A stretch of DNA of 39,760 nt from a virus (lineage: Duplodnaviria > Heunggongvirae > Uroviricota > Caudoviricetes), in IMG/VR virus record IMGVR_UViG_2711768002_000014, one strand, 5' to 3'. The notes under the pieces were generated by a model, which saw only the letters and a list, made by a program, of their open reading frames with translations, was not told the origin of the DNA and ran no database searches. Below are positions 1 through 7,915 of the stretch, in pieces. The stretch's first letter is position 1, and every line of letters begins with the position of its first letter. Position numbers and translations under genes: made by a program.

Positions 1-573
1 ATGTTTTGCGAAGAAAAAGTAGCTCAAATGGCTGCATACCTACTTCTTAAGCGAGGTGGGCGCATGGCATATCTGAAATTGATGAAGCTGCTCTATCTGT
101 CTAACCGCAAGTCGATTTTGAAGCATGGCAGGATGATCGGCGAAGATAGCCTTTACTCTATGAAATTTGGTCCAGTCATGTCGAATACGCTGAACTTGAT
201 TCGTGGTAAGGCTGAAGGTATTGGTGACTACTGGTACAACCTGATAGAGACGAACGGGCATGATGTGTTGTTGCGTTCAGATCCGAGGGAAATGGATGCA
301 GACGAGGTCTTTGATGAGTTGAGCCGTGCAGATATCCGGATTTTAGATGAAATCTATTCTCTGTATGGGCATATGAACCGATTTGATCTCGCAAACATGA
401 CGCATTTAGAAAGCGTTTGTCCAGAGTGGCACAATCCTGGCAATTCTCGTAAGCCTATAGACCTGAAAGAAATGCTGATCAGTGAGGGTAAAAGCGAGGA
501 TGAGGCTAATCGTATAATTGGCAAAATGGAAGAATCTCAGAAACTTAAGGAATTTTCTTTGCAATTATCATGA
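1..573 (+). CDS. Panacea-domain (DUF4065, GepA/SocA-like) phage-associated protein; putative antitoxin
   Basis: 190-aa ORF starting at window base 1; motifs AAYLLLKRGG, YLKLMKLLYL and FGPV resemble remembered DUF4065 signatures; stop overlaps the next ORF start (ATGA at 570-573). Confidence 0.5.
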   Translation: MFCEEKVAQMAAYLLLKRGGRMAYLKLMKLLYLSNRKSILKHGRMIGEDSLYSMKFGPVMSNTLNLIRGKAEGIGDYWYNLIETNGHDVLLRSDPREMDADEVFDELSRADIRILDEIYSLYGHMNRFDLANMTHLESVCPEWHNPGNSRKPIDLKEMLISEGKSEDEANRIIGKMEESQKLKEFSLQLS

Positions 574-989
574 CGGATTATCAGCCATACAGGAAAGGAA
601 CTGTGCTTGCCCCAACTGGGCCATGCAATCATCTTCATGTGATTTGTAATGATCCTGTTTATTACCCCGTTAACGATTGTTATTGTGTTTTAGTTGTTAA
701 TATTTCTAGTATCAAGGATGGTGTCCCCCACGATCCGTCTTGCGTCTTGAATTCTGGTGATCATCGCTTTATCAAGCATCCAAGTTATGTTGTTTACGCT
801 GAAGCTATAATTTGGCGAGTGGATAACATGGTTAGAAAGCAGCGATCGGGTGAGATTTCCGTTCATGATGATATGCCAGAAGCTACATTCAATAGAATTC
901 TGGACGGTTTTGATATATCTGATGAAGTTACGCCAAAGAACCTTAAATTTAAAAATAAATATTGCGTATCATCTATTGATGATGAGTAA
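570..989 (+). CDS. hypothetical protein translationally coupled to the Panacea protein; candidate toxin/effector partner
   Basis: 139-aa ORF whose ATG overlaps the upstream stop; no recognisable domain; Cys/His-containing soluble protein, no TM segment. Confidence 0.4.
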   Translation: MTDYQPYRKGTVLAPTGPCNHLHVICNDPVYYPVNDCYCVLVVNISSIKDGVPHDPSCVLNSGDHRFIKHPSYVVYAEAIIWRVDNMVRKQRSGEISVHDDMPEATFNRILDGFDISDEVTPKNLKFKNKYCVSSIDDE

Positions 990-1028
990 ACAACAGGAAT
1001 TGTTTCGGTATAGCTTCTGGAGTTTTCT

Positions 1029-1202
1029 ATGGAAGATCAAAAAGCAACCAAGCCACAGGTTAAGTTCGACACAATGAAAGCATTCGCAGGTATGGGTGCT
1101 GCTGTTGAAGTTCTGATGAAGGCTGCTCCTAATGCGTTCACTCACGCTACTGTCTCTGGTAAAGAGCAGCAGGGTAAGCTTCGTCGTCGCAAAGCAGCAT
1201 GA
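1029..1202 (+). CDS. small hypothetical protein (57 aa)
   Basis: Below the ORF-track cutoff; GGAG about 8 nt upstream of ATG 1029; codons of highly-expressed E. coli type (ggt, gct, cgt, aaa); followed directly by a terminator. Confidence 0.3.
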   Translation: MEDQKATKPQVKFDTMKAFAGMGAAVEVLMKAAPNAFTHATVSGKEQQGKLRRRKAA

Positions 1203-1221
1203 TCATAGCTGGTGCTTTTTG

Positions 1222-1247
1222 AAAACCCGCCTTTAGGCGGGTTTTTT
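1222..1247. terminator. bidirectional rho-independent terminator
   Basis: aaaacccgcc-ttta-ggcgggtttttt: GC stem with A-run upstream and T-run downstream, between convergent plus and minus genes. Confidence 0.6.
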
Positions 1248-1249
1248 CT

Positions 1250-1531
1250 TTAGTGATGTTCTTTGCCCTTCTGTTTGCCTGTTCTGACCTGTTCCCACTC
1301 GATACGTCCTTCTTCTCGTCTTTTGTCTATGTATTCCGCAAGATCCTGAATATTGATGCAACGTTTTGCTTTTTGTGATGTACCGATGCGATATGTAGGT
1401 ACAGGCAACTTACAAGCGTTTGCTTTTGCTTCTGCTGTGGCTGGACTCATACCAAAGTATTTTTGACTAACTGCTGAGAGTTCAATGTTTGGGGTATTGA
1501 ATTCAGCCATCAGTAAAAACAAGGTATTCAT
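1250..1531 (-). CDS. PrtN-family / excisionase-like winged-helix DNA-binding protein
   Basis: 93-aa ORF; resembles remembered PrtN/Xis-like small proteins (YFGMSPATAEAKA...LPVPTYRIG); last gene of the leftward operon. Confidence 0.45.
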   Translation of the reverse strand: MNTLFLLMAEFNTPNIELSAVSQKYFGMSPATAEAKANACKLPVPTYRIGTSQKAKRCINIQDLAEYIDKRREEGRIEWEQVRTGKQKGKEHH

Positions 1532-1567
1532 ATCATTTCTCCATCATAACCGGCTGCACCCGGTGAG

Positions 1568-2362
1568 TTACTTATTCATTTCAATAATATTATTTTCTAT
1601 CATTGATTTATTTAAAACCAAAGAAGGAGCAAGATGGTTGTCTATTTTAAACAATGCATAACTTTTAAACTGTTGGTGATATCCGTAACTAATAAGGATG
1701 CTAGAAAAATCTCTTAATTCATCTTCTTTTAAAAAATTAAAATGAAATGGGTTGTCACCATTTATGAACAATGAAACATCTATTATGCAGTATTTCTCTC
1801 CGTTGTCATTTGCATAGAAAAAAATATAAGACATTCTGTTTGTTAAGACAATGCCATTAAATTTTCTTATGTCTGTAGCTATTTTGTTTTCCATGTTTGG
1901 TGCTACATATTTATTTTCAGAAATACATTTAATTTCATCTCCAGATGTCGTGATTATATAAAAATGAAACTTATCAGAAATATCTAACTTAACTACGCCA
2001 TCATTATTGTAAAGGCTGCTAAATTTTGGTGGTTCAACTTTTAAAGAATCATAGTTCTTTAAAAGAAGAGGGGAGTCAAATTTAATAACTTGTAGTATCC
2101 CTTTACCTTCAACCTCCATATTGATTGAAGATATAGCAATTGCATTATCTCTTTTATTATTCAGGATTATGGTTGATATATGCATGTCATATATTCTACT
2201 TGCATTTGCTGAATACGACACTGTCACCTTTTTTGATATTTTTTGCACGCCAAAATATATAGTGAAGGCAGCGGCAAGAATAGATAAGAATTTAATGTCA
2301 AATAAGGACCATAGCCACATTAGTTGCTCAATTGCTTCAGAGTTAATCATTTGCTTTACCAT
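1568..2362 (-). CDS. hypothetical membrane-anchored protein, AT-rich accessory gene
   Basis: Long ORF in a strongly AT-rich stretch (about 1560-2500); N-terminal hydrophobic segment WLWSLFDIKFLSILAAAFTIYFGV; start uncertain (ATGs at 2401, 2362, 2350). Confidence 0.5.
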   Translation of the reverse strand: MVKQMINSEAIEQLMWLWSLFDIKFLSILAAAFTIYFGVQKISKKVTVSYSANASRIYDMHISTIILNNKRDNAIAISSINMEVEGKGILQVIKFDSPLLLKNYDSLKVEPPKFSSLYNNDGVVKLDISDKFHFYIITTSGDEIKCISENKYVAPNMENKIATDIRKFNGIVLTNRMSYIFFYANDNGEKYCIIDVSLFINGDNPFHFNFLKEDELRDFSSILISYGYHQQFKSYALFKIDNHLAPSLVLNKSMIENNIIEMNK

Positions 2363-2538
2363 TATCGCTGTAATACAACACATGTGTGTATATATACGCA
2401 ATGCAATTATTTTGCAAGTGCTTCATTTACTATCAATAGCTACGTCACGTTATTGTTTAATGGTTCTTTATAGGGGCGGCAATAGTTAAAATTATCGCTT
2501 CCGTAAATGCCCCCGCAGGGGCATTTGCAGTAATGAAA

Positions 2539-3363
2539 TCAGGCGGTGAAAGTACCAATAAAGGTTTCTACTTTGCTGTCTTTGAATTTCTCAACAAGCA
2601 GATCACGAAATTCGTTAGCCATTTCTTCCTGTACCGCTTCCAGCTGAATAATGCGCAGAACCAGTACAGGACGATCGCCAGTGATAATGCTGAGGCGTAA
2701 TTTAAACGGACGTTCTTTCAGACCTTCAAACGGAACGCATTTAAATTCAAATGCCACTGGCATAATGTCTTTGGTCTTCGCTTCGACAGACTCCATCAGG
2801 GAGCGTTTGCCGCTGAAGTCATTATCTTCAAAATCAGCGGTCTGGTTCGCTTCAATTGTGATTTTACGGATCGCCGCAGCCGCTTTGGTTGCCTGAATGG
2901 CGTCACCATTAGCATCAAAGCCCACAAGGTAGTCGGCCCAGTCTTCAATCCATTCTGCCAGTGACTTCTGGGAGTTACGCTCGCCATTAACAGACAACAG
3001 AGCAGAGAACGGAGCTGTCTTTTTCAGTTTGAGAGTGGCGGTGTTATCTGCGTGACCTGGTTCATCAATAGTACCCAGGTTAAGAACACTGACGGCACGC
3101 ATATTATCAGCATCGATAAAGCAGCGGGTGCCTTCATCTGCAAGATCTTTAGAATAACGAGTAAAGTCATCGATGCTGGCAGTGGAAAGCGCACCACGGA
3201 AACGGAAACGATTTAAATTTAATTTTTCCAGATCATGAATGCGGAAATTCTCAGGCAATGCCACAGCATCGGCACCAATCTTACTGATAATTTCATTAAC
3301 ACCCTGAGCAGAAATAAGGGCATGGATTTGATTAATTGCGGTTGCGTCTAAGTTCTGAGACAT
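2539..3363 (-). CDS. YfdQ-like (DUF2303) conserved prophage protein
   Basis: 274-aa ORF, same length and gene-order context as remembered CPS-53 YfdQ; typical GC and codon usage. Confidence 0.55.
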   Translation of the reverse strand: MSQNLDATAINQIHALISAQGVNEIISKIGADAVALPENFRIHDLEKLNLNRFRFRGALSTASIDDFTRYSKDLADEGTRCFIDADNMRAVSVLNLGTIDEPGHADNTATLKLKKTAPFSALLSVNGERNSQKSLAEWIEDWADYLVGFDANGDAIQATKAAAAIRKITIEANQTADFEDNDFSGKRSLMESVEAKTKDIMPVAFEFKCVPFEGLKERPFKLRLSIITGDRPVLVLRIIQLEAVQEEMANEFRDLLVEKFKDSKVETFIGTFTA

Positions 3364-3428
3364 AATAAGTCCTCACTATATAAAGATATTCAGTGATGAG
3401 ATAAATAATCGGTTAATTAAGAACGATA

Positions 3429-3791
3429 TTAATGACCTGCTGCGCGGAGTTTTCCGTCAGGTTCACCGGCAAGAGTCAGTAATTGTCCCTGGTCTTCCTG
3501 CAGAATAGTCAGGCGACCACCGCGATTGACATACATCGGCGTTTCGGTGGTGTCTTCTTCGGAAATTTTCCCGCGGTTAGTCGGGCGAACATATGAGAGT
3601 TTGTGTTTGATTTTCACACGGTTCTCATCAAATGGTTCGATTTCCAGGTTGAGTGAGACCTTACCTTTGGTTTTCGTGTTCATCACACCGGAAGCGACTT
3701 CACTGAGAACTGCGCCGATTTTGGTTTCAAATACGCCGCCGTCCAGCTCCCCAATAAATGCCTGCACATCAGTACTGCGTTCGCTAGCCAT
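3429..3791 (-). CDS. YfdP-like conserved prophage protein (120 aa)
   Basis: ATG at 3789-3791 (minus) preceded by AGGAG about 8 nt upstream; the N-terminal extension in the track ORF is Cys/Arg-rich and unlikely to be coding. Confidence 0.5.
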   Translation of the reverse strand: MASERSTDVQAFIGELDGGVFETKIGAVLSEVASGVMNTKTKGKVSLNLEIEPFDENRVKIKHKLSYVRPTNRGKISEEDTTETPMYVNRGGRLTILQEDQGQLLTLAGEPDGKLRAAGH

Positions 3792-3811
3792 TTTGCTGCT
3801 CCTAATCATAT

Positions 3812-3975
3812 CGACCCTGCAAGGTCGGTTGGTTTCTCCACAAAACAGAGAAGAACACCTGCGGTGGCAGCCGCCCGGATGGATTTGGTTATGAGCCCGT
3901 CGTCCGGTGATGCTCTTCTCTGTTTTGTAAAAAGAGCGGTACCAGCCGGAAGCAAGTGTACAAACTGGTACCGCC
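3812..3975 (-). promoter_or_regulatory. structured 5' leader of the leftward transcript (multiple stem-loops)
   Basis: 14-bp perfect inverted repeat caaaacagagaaga (3841-3854) / tcttctctgttttg (3914-3927); 10-bp inverted repeat gcggtaccag (3945-3954) / ctggtaccgc (3966-3975); cgacc..ggtcg at 3812-3828. Confidence 0.3.
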
Positions 3976-4415
3976 AAAGCAGTGGCTGTTGTGGTGACCG
4001 GTGCTGATCTCCGGCTTGCGGTTATTTCAGACTCTCACGGGCGTTTAATTGCCCCGCCGAACAGCTCTTTTCCGCATTAGCTGCAATGTCTTTCGCGCAT
4101 CAGCCTGCGCATTCACCACAACGCTGAGAGCACTTAGCCAGTTACGGCACCACACTTTGTCGCGGTTCCATAAATGTCCTCATCGTTGCACCCTGGTCTC
4201 TTCCCAGGCGTCAAACCGAATCGCCACGCTGGTTAGGCGTCTTATCAGCATCATCATTGACTTGCACATTCCGGCTACCTGGTTTGTTTGCCCGAGCAAG
4301 GAGTGGATTGTCCCCTTTAACGTCCCCAGACCGCTAACGACGCATGTGCCATACGCCGTGTTACAACCAAATTTTGTTTAATCTTGCCTGTGCTGTGTTT
4401 CTTTTAGATACATTA

Positions 4416-4432
4416 TGTATCCCAAAGGTACA
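4416..4432. promoter_or_regulatory. putative left operator (OL-like) half-site pair TGTATC-N5-GGTACA
   Basis: Same motif as the palindrome between repressor and cro; lies just beyond the repressor 3' end, where a pL operator is expected. Confidence 0.4.
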
Positions 4433-4443
4433 TTGTCAAGTAT

Positions 4444-4465
4444 AAAAAAACCTGCCGAAGCAGGT
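4444..4465 (-). terminator. rho-independent terminator downstream of the repressor gene
   Basis: cctgc-cgaag-cagg hairpin flanked by an A7 run (a T-run on the minus-strand transcript). Confidence 0.5.
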
Positions 4466-4477
4466 TATAAATATTGA

Positions 4478-5152
4478 TTAGGCCTTTATTATGTATCTTC
4501 TTGGTTTTCCTGAGAAAATCACTGTACCAATTATAGAGCAATTACCGTTAATCTTAATGTAAGGCTCAGGCCAGTTTGGGTTTAATGCTTTGAGATAACG
4601 CTGTGTTCCATCTTCTATCAACCGCTTGAAGGTGGTTTCGCCTGTATCGTGCATCAATGCAATAACGTCGTCACCGTGGCAGGCAGGGACTTCAGGATCA
4701 ACAAAAATCATGTCTCCCGGGCGGTACTCATCAATCATTGAATCACCAATCACCCGCAAGATATAAGTCATTTCGCCACAGGGTACAGGGCAGGGATAAG
4801 TTTCTGCTGTGCTCAAATCAACCTCAGAATAGCCAACTTCTTTCCATGCTCCGGCCTGTACCCATGATATGACAGGGACTAACGTTATTTGTTTGTTAGT
4901 GATTGAAACGTCAGGTTTTTTTGTGATGTTCGTTGTCTGGTGTTCTTGATCAAGCCATCCGACAGGCAGGTCGAAACATTTTTCGATGTGCCGTGCCATG
5001 CTGTCACCGATATTTTTAGTTGCACCATCTCCCATAAACCTGCTGGTCTGGGTTGGCTCGCGATCAATCATGGTGGCAAAGGAAGAATTCCCGCCAACAC
5101 CATCTCTCAGTTTTCTGGCGTTAGACCGCCGGATGTCATGGACTGTTTTCAT
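4478..5152 (-). CDS. CI-like prophage repressor (N-terminal HTH, C-terminal S24 LexA-like peptidase)
   Basis: 224 aa; C-terminal domain with the GDSM serine motif and a downstream Lys (FKRL); divergent from the cro-like gene across an operator-containing spacer. Confidence 0.85.
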   Translation of the reverse strand: MKTVHDIRRSNARKLRDGVGGNSSFATMIDREPTQTSRFMGDGATKNIGDSMARHIEKCFDLPVGWLDQEHQTTNITKKPDVSITNKQITLVPVISWVQAGAWKEVGYSEVDLSTAETYPCPVPCGEMTYILRVIGDSMIDEYRPGDMIFVDPEVPACHGDDVIALMHDTGETTFKRLIEDGTQRYLKALNPNWPEPYIKINGNCSIIGTVIFSGKPRRYIIKA

Positions 5153-5169
5153 AAAGAAATTAAAACCTT

Positions 5170-5186
5170 TGTACCGATAAGGTACA
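5170..5186. promoter_or_regulatory. operator: perfect palindrome TGTACC-gataa-GGTACA
   Basis: 17-bp dyad in the 90-bp repressor/cro intergenic region. Confidence 0.5.
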
Positions 5187-5219
5187 AGTATCTTGAAGGT
5201 TCATCTCAATCATGTAATA

Positions 5220-5236
5220 TGTATACCGGAGGTACA
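5220..5236. promoter_or_regulatory. second, weaker operator-like site TGTATA-ccgga-GGTACA
   Basis: Matches the half-site motif with two mismatches; overlaps the cro RBS (GGAGG). Confidence 0.3.
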
Positions 5237-5242
5237 TATTGT

Positions 5243-5443
5243 ATGAAAGCGTATTGGGACTCTTTAACCAAAGAACAGCAGGGTGAGTTGGCCGGAAAAG
5301 TTGGCTCAACACCAGGCTACTTACGGCTGGTTTTCAATGGTTATAAAAAAGCCAGTTTTGTGCTGGCTAAAAAACTTGAGCAATGCACGTCAGGTGCAAT
5401 TACGAAATCTGACTTAAGACCGGATATCTATCCGAAAGATTAA
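5243..5443 (+). CDS. Cro-like regulator (YdaS-like HTH)
   Basis: 66 aa; GGAGG 10 nt upstream of ATG 5243; C-terminal LRPDIYP resembles remembered YdaS-type proteins; positioned opposite the repressor. Confidence 0.65.
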   Translation: MKAYWDSLTKEQQGELAGKVGSTPGYLRLVFNGYKKASFVLAKKLEQCTSGAITKSDLRPDIYPKD

Positions 5444-5474
5444 CAGAACACCTTCAATTTTTAACCACAGAACG

Positions 5475-6038
5475 ATGAGGCTAACCGTGGGTAAGCATCA
5501 CTGGAAAGTAGAAAAACAGCCTGAGTGGTACGTGAAAGCTGTCAGAAAAACTATCGCGGCGTTGCCGGGGGGTTACGCTGAAGCTGCTGAGTGGCTGGAT
5601 GTAACAGAGAACGCTTTATTCAACCGCCTTCGTGCAGATGGCGATCAGATTTTCCCGCTGGGATGGGCAATGATTTTACAGCGCGCGGCTGGCACTCACT
5701 ACATTGCGGATGCTGTCGCACAGTCTGCTGGTGGGGTGTTTGTATCGCTTCCTGAAATTGAGGAAGTAGAGAACGCCGATATAAACCAGCGCCTGCTGGA
5801 AGTCATCGAACAGATCGGGAGTTACTCAAAGCAGATTCGTTCGGCAATCGAAGATGGGGTAGTGGAGCCACACGAGCAGACAGCAATTAATGATGAGTTG
5901 TATCTGTCAATTTCGAAGCTCCAGGAGCATGCAGCACTGGTCTACAAAATCTTTTGCGCTCCAGAAAAGAGTGACGCCCGCGAGTGTGCAGCTCCGGGCG
6001 TCGTGGCGTTTTGTGTCTGTGGAGAAACTAACGCATGA
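5475..6038 (+). CDS. CII-like / YdaT-family regulatory protein
   Basis: 187-aa ORF immediately after cro; resembles the remembered phage CII (CP76/YdaT) family; start uncertain (weak RBS). Confidence 0.4.
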   Translation: MRLTVGKHHWKVEKQPEWYVKAVRKTIAALPGGYAEAAEWLDVTENALFNRLRADGDQIFPLGWAMILQRAAGTHYIADAVAQSAGGVFVSLPEIEEVENADINQRLLEVIEQIGSYSKQIRSAIEDGVVEPHEQTAINDELYLSISKLQEHAALVYKIFCAPEKSDARECAAPGVVAFCVCGETNA

Positions 6039-6871
6039 ACAGTTTAACGGCAAATAACCGTTTGTCGCAACAGCTGGTGGTCAGCGTCGCTGAACACCTG
6101 TTGTTACGGCATGAATGCAGATTACCAAATCACCTGGCTGTAAGTAACCACAGAGAACTTTACCTGACTGTGGGGGGCGAGTTGTGCAGGAACTTAACCG
6201 CTGGTTTCGTGACGGAAGAGGACTTTATGTTCATGTTATTCGTTGGGAGCCAGAAACACAGCGCGTTATCTATCTTCGCAAAGACTACCCGCATGAGTGC
6301 TTTAGTCCTTTGTGGAAATTCAGGCGTGATTTTGTTGAGTGTGAAGGACCACCAGCACATTGATTCTGCCATTCCGGGACGTTACACTGTTCAGGCACCT
6401 TATAAAGCGGGTGCCGGGATTGGCGTCCTGGAATTGATCAAGGCGATATATGACGCGCCAGCGTCTTTTTTATCGTCCGCATTTGCTCACATCAAAGTTA
6501 TGGTGGGCTGGGCGGGGGCATCGAAAGATGCGCCGGTTTCCTTGATCACCGGTTACGCCAACCCCGTTCAGTTCACCACCAGCGAAATTGGCGTTTCCGG
6601 TGGTGGAAGTATTTCACCGATCAAGGAGGCTGCCATCATGGCTACTGTCCCAGCCCTCACTCGTCTGAATGATGAAGACTTACATAAACTCAGTTATGTA
6701 ACAACTGCACTACGTGCTCTGCGCAAGGTAACTCTTTCGGATCCGCAGGCACATCAGGTTCTGGTAGAAACCCTTCTTAACTTGCAAGCTGAACGTATTC
6801 GTCTGGCGGATAAGGCTAATTTTCATATTCACCGTCTCCTGAATATCAGCGGAGGGCATCGTCATGCTTAA
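6035..6871 (+). CDS. hypothetical protein; gene model uncertain
   Basis: 278-aa ORF with ATGA overlap to the upstream gene; contains an internal AAGGAGG-ATG (6623-6640) and an alternative frame that reads as protein between 6148 and 6363. Confidence 0.3.
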   Translation: MNSLTANNRLSQQLVVSVAEHLLLRHECRLPNHLAVSNHRELYLTVGGELCRNLTAGFVTEEDFMFMLFVGSQKHSALSIFAKTTRMSALVLCGNSGVILLSVKDHQHIDSAIPGRYTVQAPYKAGAGIGVLELIKAIYDAPASFLSSAFAHIKVMVGWAGASKDAPVSLITGYANPVQFTTSEIGVSGGGSISPIKEAAIMATVPALTRLNDEDLHKLSYVTTALRALRKVTLSDPQAHQVLVETLLNLQAERIRLADKANFHIHRLLNISGGHRHA

Positions 6872-7100
6872 TCCGTTGATCCTCAATATTTGCCGTTTGC
6901 TTCAGCGTAAAAAAATATCAATTCCTACAGTTGGGCAGTGGTACACCACGCCTGCAGGGCATGTTCTACGTGTTAGCCTGGTTGACCGTGAATGCCAGAA
7001 GGTGATTTGTGAACCGCTGGGCCGTAATTACCGCGTCAGTATGCCGCTTATAGCCTTTCGCTCCGGAAAAAACATGAAGCATCTCGGAGGTGCAGCATGA
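6864..7100 (+). CDS. small hypothetical protein (78 aa)
   Basis: ORF overlapping both neighbours' ends; no recognised domain. Confidence 0.3.
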   Translation: MLNPLILNICRLLQRKKISIPTVGQWYTTPAGHVLRVSLVDRECQKVICEPLGRNYRVSMPLIAFRSGKNMKHLGGAA

Positions 7101-7915
7101 GTATGGAGCTGATGGTTAAAGCGATGAAAATTCGAGTGGGTAATCCATTGCGAAAACTGGTTCTGATCAAGCTGGCTGATAATGCCAGCGATCAGGGTGA
7201 GTGCTGGCCCAGCTACCAGCATATTGCTGACCAGTGCGAAATTAGCAAACGTTCTGTGATGAATCATATTGCGGCCCTTTGTGAGTCCGGGCTGGTAAAA
7301 AAAGTCACCCGGAAAGGTGAAAAAGGTAACTCAAGTAATATCTATCTCCTTCATCTGGATGGTGCAGGAGATTCACTAGGGGGTAGTGCAAATAATTCAC
7401 TATCTGGTGCAGCAAATTCACCAGGTAGTGCAGGAGTTGCACCAGGGGGTAGTGCAGGAGATTCACCCAGAACCAGTCACTCTTTTGAACCAGTCAAAGA
7501 ACCAGTCAATGAACCAATAGCTGTTGGTGCATCAGTTGATGAGTCCGTGCGAGTTCGTTCAAACCGACCGGAATACTCTCCGGAGTTTGAGCAGGCATGG
7601 CTGGCATATCCCAAACGTGCTGGTGGCAATTCAAAATCTGCAGCCTTCAAAGCCTGGAAAGCCCGTTTGAATGAGGGAGTAAACCCCGAAACCATGCTGG
7701 AAGGTGTGAAACGCTACGCGGGATGGGTATCTGCGATGGGTAACAGCGGCACACAATTTGTGAAACAGGCTGTCACGTTCTTTGGTCCGGATCGTCATTT
7801 CGAAGAATTCTGGGAAGTTCCTGCGGTATCTGCAGCCAGACGCGAGGACCCGTACTTCAAAGCCAGTTACGACAACGTGGACTACAGCCAGATCCCGGCA
7901 GGATTCAGGGGGTGA
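7097..7915 (+). CDS. replication initiator-like protein (N-terminal HTH of phage O / HTH_36 type) with Gly/Ser-rich linker
   Basis: N-terminus LRKLVLIKLADNASDQGECWPSYQHIADQCEISKRSVMNHIAALCESGLV is typical of phage replication-initiator wHTH domains; internal DNA direct repeats. Confidence 0.55.
   Translation: MSMELMVKAMKIRVGNPLRKLVLIKLADNASDQGECWPSYQHIADQCEISKRSVMNHIAALCESGLVKKVTRKGEKGNSSNIYLLHLDGAGDSLGGSANNSLSGAANSPGSAGVAPGGSAGDSPRTSHSFEPVKEPVNEPIAVGASVDESVRVRSNRPEYSPEFEQAWLAYPKRAGGNSKSAAFKAWKARLNEGVNPETMLEGVKRYAGWVSAMGNSGTQFVKQAVTFFGPDRHFEEFWEVPAVSAARREDPYFKASYDNVDYSQIPAGFRG
7361..7520. repeat. iteron-like direct repeats inside the initiator gene (candidate ori)
   Basis: Five degenerate ~20-bp units (GGTAGTGCAGGAGATTCACC-like) followed by four GAACCAGTCA units. 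Confidence 0.4.

Noticed and set aside
3792-3977. N-terminal extension of the 120-aa YfdP-like ORF (track ORF 3429-3977)
   Set aside because: The extension is Cys/Arg-rich and overlaps the stem-loop region; the internal ATG at 3791 has a good AGGAG RBS.
4049-4381. 110-aa plus-strand ORF in the pL leader region
   Set aside because: Arg/Ser/Cys-rich, no RBS, and it sits inside the presumptive leftward untranslated leader on the opposite strand; more likely noncoding.
7361-7520. Possible CRISPR-like array or minisatellite
   Set aside because: Repeats are degenerate, lack unique spacers of regular length, and sit inside an ORF; better explained as iterons or linker-coding repeats.
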